Shown: piece by piece, positions 18,903 to 34,000 of the stretch
How the letters are laid out: each line of letters opens with the position of its first letter
Numbering within the stretch: position 1 is the first letter of the stretch
Assembly: GCA_964016885.1 (NCBI GenBank)
Contig: OZ024742.1
Coordinates: forward strand, 182,218,001 to 182,282,000
Length of the DNA stretch: 64,000 nucleotides
Direction of reading: 5' to 3'
Origin: Eledone cirrhosa
Lineage: Eukaryota
Notes under the pieces: model-generated
What the model was told of the DNA's origin: nothing
Databases searched by the model: none
What the model saw: only the letters and a program-made list of their open reading frames with translations
Position numbers and translations under genes: made by a program

Positions 18903-21705
18903 ACCAGAACAACCTGCCACCCTCTACACACCATCATAAACTGCGAGCAGGGTACAAATTGTTGTCCTTAAATGCTCGCAGTTTATGCAACAATCCTACG
19001 TCAGAAGCATCGACCCTGACTTCATCACAGTAACGGAAACATGGGCACATTCCTTACACTGTGATGGGGTTTTCAGCATTACTGGGTACAACCTTTTCCG
19101 CAAGGACCGCATTAACCGCCGTGATGGTGGTGTGATGGTCTACGTTCGTTCAAACTTTTCGGTAATTCCTTGCGTTGATTTGAACGAATCACAGGAAGAA
19201 GTTTTTTTCTGTGACATACGTATGACCATGTCAACACTTCTGCTTGGTGTTGTTTATCGCCCCCCAAACTACCATCAGGACACACAGCATTGCGATATCC
19301 TCAGAGTTGCTGCCAAGAAAACAGCCACTTATGTGTTTATTGCAGGTGACTTCAATCATCCTGAGATCGATTGGGAAACCTTTCGTTGGCCACAAGGTGC
19401 AAACGATTTCCTTGAACTAGTGCTGGACTCAAACTGGTCACAAGTAGTCACCTCTCCAACAAGAGGTGACAACACTTTGGACCTGATCTTCACCACTACT
19501 CCTGAAGTGGTTATCAGTTGTACTACTGAGGAACCTCTAGGCGACTCTGATCATGCTATGATCATTGCCAATCTGGCACTTGAGGGCAGCTACCAAAACC
19601 AAAGCCATCTCCAATCTGCTTGCTTTGATTGGAAGAGGGTGGATTGGAACTTGTACTGCACTGAGCTACAGCGCCCAAACTGACATGAGATGTATAACTC
19701 TGGAGATGTGAACTCTATACTCCAGAGCATCCTGGACTCAATATGGATAGCGTGTGCAGCATCAGTGCCACGGAAGCGGAAAAATAACCACGCCAAAAGT
19801 GGAATCTGGGAAACTTCAGCGGTCCGACTTGCCAGGAAAGAACGTCGGAACGCTGAACGGGAATACAAACTGCATAAATCAGATGCCAACAGAAAAAAGC
19901 GGAATAAATATTCTAACCATCTCAAGCAAGTGAGAAAGAAGGCAGTGCTTGAATTTGAACAGTGCATCGCAACCAATCCTGACAGTAAGGTGTTCTGGAA
20001 ATATGTTCATTCAAAGCAGAGACCTCACTCTCCAGTTGGTCCTCTTCGCAATCCCCACACAAGCCAGATCACTGACGATCCCAAGGAATGCGCAGAACTG
20101 ATTGCTGAGTGCTATGCAAGTATTTTTACTGTTGAAAACCAGAATGTACCATCTCCACCATCTCTAACATCAAATTCGATAACAACTATGGAAATTAAAC
20201 CTGCAATGTTGCGACGTCACCTTAAGAATAAGCGCAACTATTCCTCCCCTGGTCTTGATGGTGTGACATACCTGCTTATCAAACGTGGCGGGTATTTCCT
20301 TTTGCGCCAGCTTTCTTTCTTCTTTCAATACTGTCTCAACAATGGTGCTACTCTGGAGCAGTAGAAAACTGCCAGTGTCATTCCCCTGTTCAAAAAGGGC
20401 AACCGCATGTCACCTGTCAACTATCGTCCAGTCAGTCTTACTAGCTGTATGGCCAAACTGATGGAATCCTGTGTCAGAGAAACACTTTGGAACTTCTGGA
20501 GCTCTCACAGCCTCATCCGGCCCTCACAGTTTGGATTTATCCCTAACTCCAGCTGCTGTGATCAGCTTATCGAGTTCCTTGAGGACATCCCCCGGATCAC
20601 TGACAGCGGCTCATGGGTGGATGTTGTTTACCTTGACTTTGCTAAGGCTTTTAATTCTGTGCCACACAAAAGACTTATGGCAAAACTCTCTGCAATGGGT
20701 GTGAGGGATGATCTTTTCGAATGGTTGAAATCCTTCATTCTCAGCCGAAAAGAAGTAGTCACGGTTCTAGGACAGCATTCTTCACCATATGAGATGTCAT
20801 CTGGTGTACCACAGGGATCTGTTCTTGGTCCTCTTTTGTTTGTGGCATATATTAATGACATAGATGCCAACTTACAGAATGCCACGTACTAAAATATGCA
20901 GATGACATCAAGCTGTACCCTGAAATCAAAAGGACTGATCCTGAAACTTACAACTCTTTCCTACAATCAGACCTGGACACAATGCAGCATGGATCACAGA
21001 CTGGCAACTGAAGCTGGCTGTGGACAAGTGTACCACCATGCATTTTGGAAGGAAAAATCCAGCGTCCACATACTCCCTCCACAACACTGATATCAAAAAG
21101 TCCTCTTGTGAACGTGTCCTGGGCATTACTGTCAGCAACGATTTGCGTTGGACAAAGCATGATTCTAAGATTGTCAAGAAGGCCGAGGGTGTTATGGCAT
21201 CACTCAGCAAGACCTTTGTTAGCCGCTCTCCAGCCATCTATTTAAAACTGTATACAGCTATGGTACGACCACACTTGGAATTCGCATCATCAGTCTGGAA
21301 CCCCTATCTTGCTCAGAACATTGACCTCCTGGAAAGGTTCAGAGACTTGCAACCAAGCACATACCCTCCATCAGACACCTACCATACTCTGAACGCCTTG
21401 CTTCCCTGGGCATGGATTCATTGAAGCTCCGACGTCTGGCAATGGACTTGGTGAATACCCAAAAAGATTTTAACCATCTCGCCAGTTGCAACCCTGAGCA
21501 CCTTTTTGATCTCCATGTGTCTAACACACGTGGACATGCCTACAAGATCAGAAAACAGCACAGCTCCCATGACTTTCGTAGACATATTTTCACGCTCAGA
21601 GTTGCTGAGGCATAGAACAAACTGCGTGCGTCAATTGTTAGCTGCCGAGACACTGCATCCTTTAAGACACTCATGCTTCCCGAAATACGCCAAAACTACA
21701 CCTGA
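18893..21705 (+). pseudogene. LINE ORF2 (APE endonuclease + reverse transcriptase), disrupted
   Basis: APE motifs: LNARSL (18968), VTETW, GGVMVYVR, VYRPP, GDFNHP, TRGDNTLDL, SDH. RT motifs: PGLDG, PLFKKG, NYRPVSLTS, LDFAKAF, GVPQGSVLGPLLF, YADD (20895-20906). Premature stops at 19681, 20362 and 21613; frameshifts near 18992, 20886, 20989 and 21337. Natural stop TGA at 21703-21705. Confidence 0.93.
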
Positions 21706-21739
21706 TGTACCCCTTCCATACGCATGCACACATGTGTGT

Positions 21740-21996
21740 ATCATGACTCGTGCACTGTTCATTTTACTGATGTTTGTGCATTGCCCTATGTACTGTACAT
21801 GCACTTTTTTGATCAGTTGTGGTGCACCTGGGCACTGTACACAATATTTCATGATTGTTATAATTATTACATCATGACTCATACACTGTTCATTTTCCTG
21901 ACATTTGTACATTATTCTATGTACTATACATGCACCTTTGATGAGTTATAGTGCACCTGAGCACTGTACACAATAATTTCATTATTATTATTATTA
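21740..21996 (+). repeat. Tandemly duplicated LINE 3' terminal module (~130 bp x2), each ending in a stem-loop and an (ATT)n tract
   Basis: Unit 1 (21740-21870) and unit 2 (21871-21996) both start ATCATGACTC, contain GTGCACCTGRGCACTGTACACAAT and end in ATT repeats, which are decayed in unit 1. Confidence 0.9.
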
Positions 21997-22013
21997 TACT
22001 AACAGCCCGACAC

Positions 22014-25000
22014 AACCACACAACTATACTACAGAACAACACAATCACACAACTATACTACAGAACTATATAACTGCCGAACAATACAACCACACAACTA
22101 TACTACAGAACTACAACCTGACACACGCAGACAACTATACTACAGAACTATATAACTACAGAATAACACAACCACACACCTATACTACAGAACTATATAA
22201 CTACAGAACAGCACAACCACACAGCTATACTACAGAACTATATAACTACAGAACAACAGAACCACACAACTATATTACAGAACTATATAAGTACAGAAAA
22301 ACACAACCACGCAACTAAACAACAGAACTACATAAACTACAGAACAACACAACCACACAACTATACTACAGAACTACATAACTACAGCCCGACACAACCA
22401 CACAACTATACTATTGCAATATATAACTACTGAACAATACAACCACACAACTATATTACAGAACTACATAACTACAGCCCGACACAACCACACAACTATA
22501 CTATTGCAATATATAACTACTGAACAATACAACCACACAACTATATTACAGAACTACAGAAATACAACACGGTCACACGACTATACTACAGAACCACACA
22601 ACCACACACCTATGCTACATAACTAGAGAACAACACAACACATATTATACTACAGAACTACATAACTACAGAACAACACAACCACACAACTATACTACTA
22701 TACTACGGAACTACATAACTACAGCCCAACACAACCACACAACAATACTACAGAACTACATAACTACAGAACAACGCAACAAAACAACTATACTACAGAA
22801 GTACATGACTACTTCAACAAAACCAAACAACTATACTACAGAAATATATAACTGCCGAACAATACAAGCAACCAACTATACTACAGAACTATATAACTAC
22901 AGAAAAACACAACCACCCAACTATACTACATAACTACATAACTACAGAACAACACAACCAAACAACTATACTACAGAACTACATAACTACACCCCAACAC
23001 AACCACACAACTATACTACAGAACAATACAACCACACAACTATACTACAGAACTATATAACTACAGAACAACAGAACCACACAACTATACTACAGAATTA
23101 TATAACTACAGAACAACACAACCAAACAAATATACTACAGAACTATATAACTGCCAAACAATACAACCACACAACTATACTACAGAATTACATAACTACA
23201 GCTCAACACAACCACACAACTATACTACAAAACTAGAGCCCATCACGACCACAAAACTATAGTACAGAACTATATAACTACAGGAAAATACAACCACAAG
23301 ACTATACTACTGAACAATAGAACAACACAACTATACTACAGAACTTAAGAACTACAGAACAACACAACCAAACAACTATACTACAGAACTCTATAAATAC
23401 AGAACGACATAACCACACAACTATACTGCAGAACTACAGAAATACAGCCTAACACAACCTCACAACTATACTACAGAACTATATACCTGCCGAACAAGAC
23501 AACTACACAACTATACTACAGAACTATATAACTACAGAACAGCAGAACCACAGAACTATACTACAAAAATACATACTAACAGCCCAACACAACCACTCAA
23601 CAATACTACAGAACTACTTAACTACAGCCCGAAACAACCACGCAACTATACTACAGAAATATATAACTACAGAACAACAGAACCACACAACTATACTACA
23701 AAAATACATACTAACAGCCCAACACAACCACTCAACAATACTACAGAACTACTTAACTACAGCCCGACACAACCACACAACTATACTATTGCAATATATA
23801 ACTACTGAACAATACAACCACACAACTATATTACAGAACTACATAACTACAGCCCGACACAACCACACAACTATACTATTGCAATATATAACTACTGAAC
23901 AATACAACCACACAACTATATTACAGAACTACAGAAATACAACACGGTCACACGACTATACTACAGAACCACACAACCACACACCTATGCTACATAACTA
24001 GAGAACAACACAACACATATTATACTACAGAACTACATAACTACAGAACAACACAACCACACAACTATACTACTATACTACGGAACTACATAACTACAGC
24101 CCAACACAACCACACAACAATACTACAGAACTACATAACTACAGAACAACGCAACAAAACAACTATACTACAGAAGTACATGACTACTTCAACAAAACCA
24201 AACAACTATACTACAGAAATATATAACTGCCGAACAATACAAGCAACCAACTATACTACAGAACTATATAACTACAGAAAAACACAACCACCCAACTATA
24301 CTACATAACTACATAACTACAGAACAACACAACCAAACAACTATACTACAGAACTACATAACTACACCCCAACACAACCACACAACTATACTACAGAACA
24401 ATACAACCACACAACTATACTACAGAACTATATAACTACAGAACAACAGAACCACACAACTATACTACAGAATTATATAACTACAGAACAACACAACCAA
24501 ACAAATATACTACAGAACTATATAACTGCCAAACAATACAACCACACAACTATACTACAGAATTACATAACTACAGCTCAACACAACCACACAACTATAC
24601 TACAAAACTAGAGCCCAACACGACCACAAAACTATAGTACAGAACTATATAACTACAGGAAAATACAACCACAAGACTATACTACTGAACAATAGAACAA
24701 CACAACTATACTACAGAACTTAAGAACTACAGAACAACACAACCAAACAACTATACTACAGAACTCTATAAATACAGAACGACATAACCACACAACTATA
24801 CTGCAGAACTACAGAAATACAGCCTAACACAACCTCACAACTATACTACAGAACTATATACCTGCCGAACAAGACAACTACACAACTATACTACAGAACT
24901 ATATAACTACAGAACAGCAGAACCACAGAACTATACTACAAAAATACATACTAACAGCCCAACACAACCACTCAACAATACTACAGAACTACTTAACTAC

Positions 25001-28000
25001 AGCCCGAAACAACCACGCAACTATACTACAGAAATATATAACTACAGAACAACAGAACCACACAACTATACTACAAAAATACATACTAACAGCCCAACAC
25101 AACCACTCAACAATACTACAGAACTACTTAACTACAGCCCGACACAACCACGCAACTATACTACAGAATTATATAACAACCGAACAACACAACCACACAA
25201 CTAGACTACAGAACTACAGAACTACAGAACACAACCAAACAATTATTATACAGAATTACATAACTACAGCTCAACACAACCACACAACTATACTACAAAA
25301 CTAGAGCTCAACACAACCACACAACTATACTACAAAACTACAGCCAAACCACACAACGATACTACAGAACTACTTAACTACAGCCCGACACAACCACACA
25401 ACTATACTACATAACTACATAACTACATCCCATCACTACCACACAACTATACTACAGAACTATATAACGACAGAACAACCCAACCACAAATCTATACTAC
25501 AGAACTATATAACTACAGAACTACACTACCACACAACTATACTACAGAACTATATAACTACAGAATAATAGAACCACATAACGATACTACAGAACTCTAT
25601 AACTACAGAACAACAGAACAACACAAATATACTACAGAACTAAAGAACTCCAGAAAAACAGAACCTCACAACTATACTACAGAACTACAGAACTACAGCC
25701 TAACACAACCACACAACGGTACTACAGAACTACTTAACTACAGCCCGACACAACCACTCAACTATACTACAGAAGTATATAACTACAGATCAACACAACC
25801 ACACAACTATACTACAGAACTATATAACTGCCGAACAATAAAACAACACAATAATAGTACAGAACTCTATAACTACAGAACAACAGAACCACACAACAAT
25901 ACTAAAGAACTACAGAACTACAGAACAACACAACCACACAACTATACTAGGGAACTATATAACTACAGAACTACACTACCACACAACTATACTACAGAAC
26001 TATATAACTACAGAATAATAGAACCACATAACGATACTACAGAACTCTATAACTACAGAACAACAGAACAACACAAATATACTACAGAACTAAAGAACTC
26101 CAGAAAAACAGAACCTCACAACTATACTACAGAACTACAGAACTACAGCCTAACACAACCACACAACGGTACTACAGAACTACTTAACTACAGCCCGACA
26201 CAACCACTCAACTATACTACAGAAGTATATAACTACAGATCAACACAACCACACAACTATACTACAGAACTATATAACTGCCGAACAATAAAACAACACA
26301 ATAATAGTACAGAACTCTATAACTACAACTCAACACATCCACACAACTATACTACAAAACTACAGCCCAACACAACCACACAGCTATACAACAGAACTAC
26401 AGAACTACAGAACAACACAACCACACAACTATACTACAGAACTATATAACTACAGAACAACAGAACCAAACAACTATAATACAGAACTATATAACTGCCG
26501 AACAATACAACCACACAATTATACTACATAACTACATACTAACTACCTAACACAACCACACAACAATACTACAGCACTATATAACTACACAACAACACAA
26601 CCACACAACTATACTACAGAACTACAGAACAACACAACCACACAATTATACTACAGAACAACACAACCACACAATTATACTACAGAACAATACAACCACA
26701 CAAGTATACTACAGAACTACATAACTACATCACAACACAACCACACAACTATAGTACATAACTACATAACTACAGAACAACAGAACCACACAACTATACT
26801 ACAGAATTACATAACTACATCCCAACAGTACCACATAACTATACTACAGAACTATATAACTTCAGAACAACACAACCACACAACTATACTACAGAACTAC
26901 ATACTAACAGCCAAACACAACCACAGAACGATGCTACATAACTACTTAACTACAGCCCGACACAACCACATAAGTATACTACATAACTACATAATTACAG
27001 AACAACACAACCAACCAACTATACTACAGAACTACATAACTACAGAACAACACTAACACACAATTATACTACAGAACTATACAACCATACAATTATACTA
27101 CAGAATTATATAACTACAGAACAAGAGAACCACACAACTATACTACAGAACTAAAGAACTACATAAAAACACAACCACACAACTATACTACAGAACTACA
27201 GAACTACAGAACAACACAACCTAACGACTAAACTACATAACTACATAACTTCAAAACAACACATCCACACAACTATACTACAAAACTACAGCCCAACACA
27301 ACCACACAGCTATACTACAGAACTACATAACTACAGAACAAAACAACCAAACAACTATACTACATAACTAAATAATTACAGATCAACACAACCACACAAC
27401 TATACTACAAAACTACATAACTACATCCCAACACTACCACATAACTATACTACACAACTATATAACTACAGATCAACACAACCACACAACTATACTACAG
27501 AAGTACATAGCTACAGAACAAAACAACCAAACAACTATACTACATAACTACATAACTACAGAACAACACAACCACACAACTATACTACAGAACTACATAA
27601 CTACAACCCAACACTACCACATAACTATACTACAGAACTATATAACTACAGAACAACACAACCACACAACTATACTACAGAACTACATAACTACATCCCA
27701 ACACAGCCACACAACTATACTACAGAACTATATAACTACAGGACAACACAACCACCCAAATATACTACAGAACTACATAACATCAGAAAAACTCAACAAA
27801 ACAACTTTACTACAGAACTACAGCTCATCACTACCACACAACTATACTACAGAACTACAGCCCAACACAACCACACAACTATACCACCGCACTACAGAAC
27901 AACACAACCACACAATTATAGTACATAATTACATAACTACAGAACACAACCACACACCTATACTACAGAACTATATAACTAGAGAATAACACAACCACAC

Positions 28001-31000
28001 AACTATATTTCAGAACTATATAAATACAGAACAATACAACGACACAACTATACTACAGAACTCCAGAACTACAGAACAACACTACCACACAACGATACTA
28101 CCGAACTCTATAACTACAGAAAAACAGAACCACACAACTATACTACAGAACTAAAGAACTCCAGAAAAACACAACCAAACAACTATACTACAGAACTACA
28201 GCCTAACACAACCACTCAACTATACTACAGAACTATATAACTGCCGAACACTACAGCCACACAACTATACTACAGAACTACAGAACTACAGCCTAACACA
28301 ACCACACAACTATACTACAGAACTATATAACAGCCGAACAATACAACCACACAACTATACTACAGAACTATATAACTACAGAACAACAGAACCACACAAC
28401 AATAATAAAGAACTACAGAACTACAGAACAACACAACCACACAACTATACTAGGGAACTATATAACTACAGAACTACACTACCACACAACTATACTACAG
28501 AACTATATAACTACAGAATAATAGAACCACATAACGATACTACAGAACTCTATAACTACAGAACAACAGAACAACACAAATATACTACAGAACTAAAGAA
28601 CTCCAGAAAAACAGAACCTCACAACTATACTACAGAACTACAGAACTACAGCCTAACACAACCACACAACGGTACTACAGAACTACTTAACTACAGCCCG
28701 ACACAACCACTCAACTATACTACAGAAGTATATAACTACAGATGAACACAACCACACAACTATACTACAGAACTATATAACTGCCGAACAATAAAACAAC
28801 ACAATAATAGTACAGAACTCTATAACTACAACTCAACACATCCACACAACTATACTACAAAACTACAGCCCAACACAACCACACAGCTATACTACAGAAC
28901 TACAGAACTACAGAACAACACAACCACACAACTATACTACAGAACTATATAACTACAGAACAACAGAACCAAACAACTATAATACAGAACTATATAACTG
29001 CCGAACAATACAACCACACAATTATACTACATAACTACATACTAACTACCTAACACAACCACACAACAATACTACAGCACTATATAACTACACAACAACA
29101 CAACCACACAACTATACTACAGAACTACAGAACAACACAACCACACAATTATACTACAGAACAACACAACCACACAATTATACTACAGAACAATACAACC
29201 ACACAAGTATACTACAGAACTACATAACTACATCACAACACAACCACACAACTATAGTACATAACTACATAACTATAGAACAACAGAACCACACAACTAT
29301 ACTACAGAATTACATAACTACATCCCAACAGTACCACATAACTATACTACAGAACTACATACTAACAGCCAAACACAACCACAGAACGATGCTACATAAC
29401 TACTTAACTACAGCCCGACACAACCACATAAGTATACTACATAACTACATAATTACAGAACAACACAACCAACCAACTATACTACAGAACTACATAACTA
29501 CAGAACAACACTAACACACAATTATACTACAGAACTATACAACCATACAACTATACTACAGAATTATATAACTACAGAACAAGAGAACCACACAACTATA
29601 CTACAGAACTAAAGAACTACATAAAAACACAACCACACAACTATACTACAGAACTACAGAACTACAGAACAACACAACCTAACGACTAAACTACATAACT
29701 ACATAACTTCAAAACAACACAACCACACAGCTATACTACAGAACTACATAACTACAGAACAAAACAACCAAACAACTATACTACATAACTAAATAATTAC
29801 AGATCAACACAACCACACAACTATACTACATAACTACATAACTACATCCCAACACTACCACATAACTATACTACAGAACTATATAACTACAGATCAACAC
29901 AACCACACAACTATACTACAGAACTACATAGCTACAGAACAAAACAACCAAACAACTATACTACATAACTACATAACTACAGAACAACACAACCACACAA
30001 CTATACTACAGAACTACATAACTACAACCCAACACTACCACATAACTATACTACAGAACTATATAACTACAGAACAACACAACCACACAACTATACTACA
30101 GAACTATATAACTACAGGACAACACAACCACCCATATATACTACAGAACTACATAACATCAGAAAAACTCAACAAAACAACTTTACTACAGAACTACAGC
30201 TCATCACTACCACACAACTATACTACAGAACTACAGCCCAACACAACCACACAACTATACCACCGCACTACAGAACAACACAACCACACAATTATAGTAC
30301 ATAATTACATAACTACAGAACACAACCACACACCTATACTACAGAACTATATAACTAGAGAATAACACAACCACACAACTATATTTCAGAACTATATAAC
30401 TACAGAACAACAGAACCACACAACTATACTACAGAACTAAAGAACTCCAGAAAAACACAACCAAACAACTATACTACAGAACTACAGCCTAACACAACCA
30501 CTCAACTATACTACAGAACTATATAACTGCCGAACACTACAACCACACAACTATACTACAGAACAACACAATCACACAACTATACTACAGAACTATATAA
30601 CTGCCGAACAATACAACCACACAACTATACTACAGAACTACAACCTGACACACGCAGACAACTATACTACAGAACTATATAACTACAGAATAACACAACC
30701 ACACACCTATACTACAGAACTATATAACTACAGAACAGCACAACCACACAGCTATACTACAGAACTATATAACTACAGAACAACAGAACCACACAACTAT
30801 ATTACAGAACTATATAAGTACAGAAAAACACAACCACGCAACTAAACAACAGAACTACATAAACTACAGAACAACACAACCACACAACTATACTACAGAA
30901 CTACATAACTACAGCCCGACACAACCACACAACTATACTATTGCAATATATAACTACTGAACAATACAACCACACAACTATATTACAGAACTACAGAAAT

Positions 31001-34000
31001 ACAACACGGTCACACGACTATACTACAGAACCACACAACCACACACCTATGCTACATAACTAGAGAACAACACAACACATATTATACTACAGAACTACAT
31101 AACTACAGAACAACACAACCACACAACTATACTACTATACTACGGAACTACATAACTACAGCCCAACACAACCACACAACAATACTACAGAACTACATAA
31201 CTACAGAACAACGCAACAAAACAACTATACTACAGAAGTACATGACTACTTCAACAAAACCAAACAACTATACTACAGAAATATATAACTGCCGAACAAT
31301 ACAAGCAACCAACTATACTACAGAACTATATAACTACAGAAAAACACAACCACCCAACTATACTACATAACTACATAACTACAGAACAACACAACCAAAC
31401 AACTATACTACAGAACTACATAACTACACCCCAACACAACCACACAACTATACTACAGAACAATACAACCACACAACTATACTACAGAACTATATAACTA
31501 CAGAACAACAGAACCACACAACTATACTACAGAATTATATAACTACAGAACAACACAACCAAACAAATATACTACAGAACTATATAACTGCCAAACAATA
31601 CAACCACACAACTATACTACAGAATTACATAACTACAGCTCAACACAACCACACAACTATACTACAAAACTAGAGCCCATCACGACCACAAAACTATAGT
31701 ACAGAACTATATAACTACAGGAAAATACAACCACAAGACTATACTACTGAACAATAGAACAACACAACTATACTACAGAACTTAAGAACTACAGAACAAC
31801 ACAACCAAACAACTATACTACAGAACTCTATAAATACAGAACGACATAACCACACAACTATACTGCAGAACTACAGAAATACAGCCTAACACAACCTCAC
31901 AACTATACTACAGAACTATATACCTGCCGAACAAGACAACTACACAACTATACTACAGAACTATATAACTACAGAACAGCAGAACCACAGAACTATACTA
32001 CAAAAATACATACTAACAGCCCAACACAACCACTCAACAATACTACAGAACTACTTAACTACAGCCCGAAACAACCACGCAACTATACTACAGAAATATA
32101 TAACTACAGAACAACAGAACCACACAACTATACTACAAAAATACATACTAACAGCCCAACACAACCACTCAACAATACTACAGAACTACTTAACTACAGC
32201 CCGACACAACCACACAACTATACTATTGCAATATATAACTACTGAACAATACAACCACACAACTATATTACAGAACTACATAACTACAGCCCGACACAAC
32301 CACACAACTATACTATTGCAATATATAACTACTGAACAATACAACCACACAACTATATTACAGAACTACAGAAATACAACACGGTCACACGACTATACTA
32401 CAGAACCACACAACCACACACCTATGCTACATAACTAGAGAACAACACAACACATATTATACTACAGAACTACATAACTACAGAACAACACAACCACACA
32501 ACTATACTACTATACTACGGAACTACATAACTACAGCCCAACACAACCACACAACAATACTACAGAACTACATAACTACAGAACAACGCAACAAAACAAC
32601 TATACTACAGAAGTACATGACTACTTCAACAAAACCAAACAACTATACTACAGAAATATATAACTGCCGAACAATACAAGCAACCAACTATACTACAGAA
32701 CTATATAACTACAGAAAAACACAACCACCCAACTATACTACATAACTACATAACTACAGAACAACACAACCAAACAACTATACTACAGAACTACATAACT
32801 ACACCCCAACACAACCACACAACTATACTACAGAACAATACAACCACACAACTATACTACAGAACTATATAACTACAGAACAACAGAACCACACAACTAT
32901 ACTACAGAATTATATAACTACAGAACAACACAACCAAACAAATATACTACAGAACTATATAACTGCCAAACAATACAACCACACAACTATACTACAGAAT
33001 TACATAACTACAGCTCAACACAACCACACAACTATACTACAAAACTAGAGCCCAACACGACCACAAAACTATAGTACAGAACTATATAACTACAGGAAAA
33101 TACAACCACAAGACTATACTACTGAACAATAGAACAACACAACTATACTACAGAACTTAAGAACTACAGAACAACACAACCAAACAACTATACTACAGAA
33201 CTCTATAAATACAGAACGACATAACCACACAACTATACTGCAGAACTACAGAAATACAGCCTAACACAACCTCACAACTATACTACAGAACTATATACCT
33301 GCCGAACAAGACAACTACACAACTATACTACAGAACTATATAACTACAGAACAGCAGAACCACAGAACTATACTACAAAAATACATACTAACAGCCCAAC
33401 ACAACCACTCAACAATACTACAGAACTACTTAACTACAGCCCGAAACAACCACGCAACTATACTACAGAAATATATAACTACAGAACAACAGAACCACAC
33501 AACTATACTACAAAAATACATACTAACAGCCCAACACAACCACTCAACAATACTACAGAACTACTTAACTACAGCCCGACACAACCACGCAACTATACTA
33601 CAGAATTATATAACAACCGAACAACACAACCACACAACTAGACTACAGAACTACAGAACTACAGAACACAACCAAACAATTATTATACAGAATTACATAA
33701 CTACAGCTCAACACAACCACACAACTATACTACAAAACTAGAGCTCAACACAACCACACAACTATACTACAAAACTACAGCCAAACCACACAACGATACT
33801 ACAGAACTACTTAACTACAGCCCGACACAACCACACAACTATACTACATAACTACATAACTACATCCCATCACTACCACACAACTATACTACAGAACTAT
33901 ATAACGACAGAACAACCCAACCACAAATCTATACTACAGAACTATATAACTACAGAACTACACTACCACACAACTATACTACAGAACTATATAACTACAG

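Larger units (their letters stand above)
18579..21996 (+). mobile_element. 5'-truncated, inactivated CR1-clade non-LTR retrotransposon (LINE)
   Basis: Contains an ORF1 C-terminal remnant, APE endonuclease, reverse transcriptase and a CR1-type C-terminus (TRGH..KI...R..IF..RV...[W]N.L...FK), then a 3'UTR and an (ATT)n tail at 21981-21996. Joining the flanks restores the satellite variant ...GAACTACA|TACTAACAGCCC... Confidence 0.93.

Noticed and set aside
21725-21740. Palindrome GCACACATGTGTGT in the LINE 3'UTR
   Set aside because: It is short and made of CA/TG dinucleotides. It is present in both copies, but there is no evidence of function.
18632-21951. Antisense and alternative-frame ORFs over the LINE (18632-, 19590-, 20471+, 20628-, 20926-, 21506+, 21631-, 21724+ etc.)
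   Set aside because: They are shadows of ORF1, ORF2 or the 3'UTR with no independent motifs.
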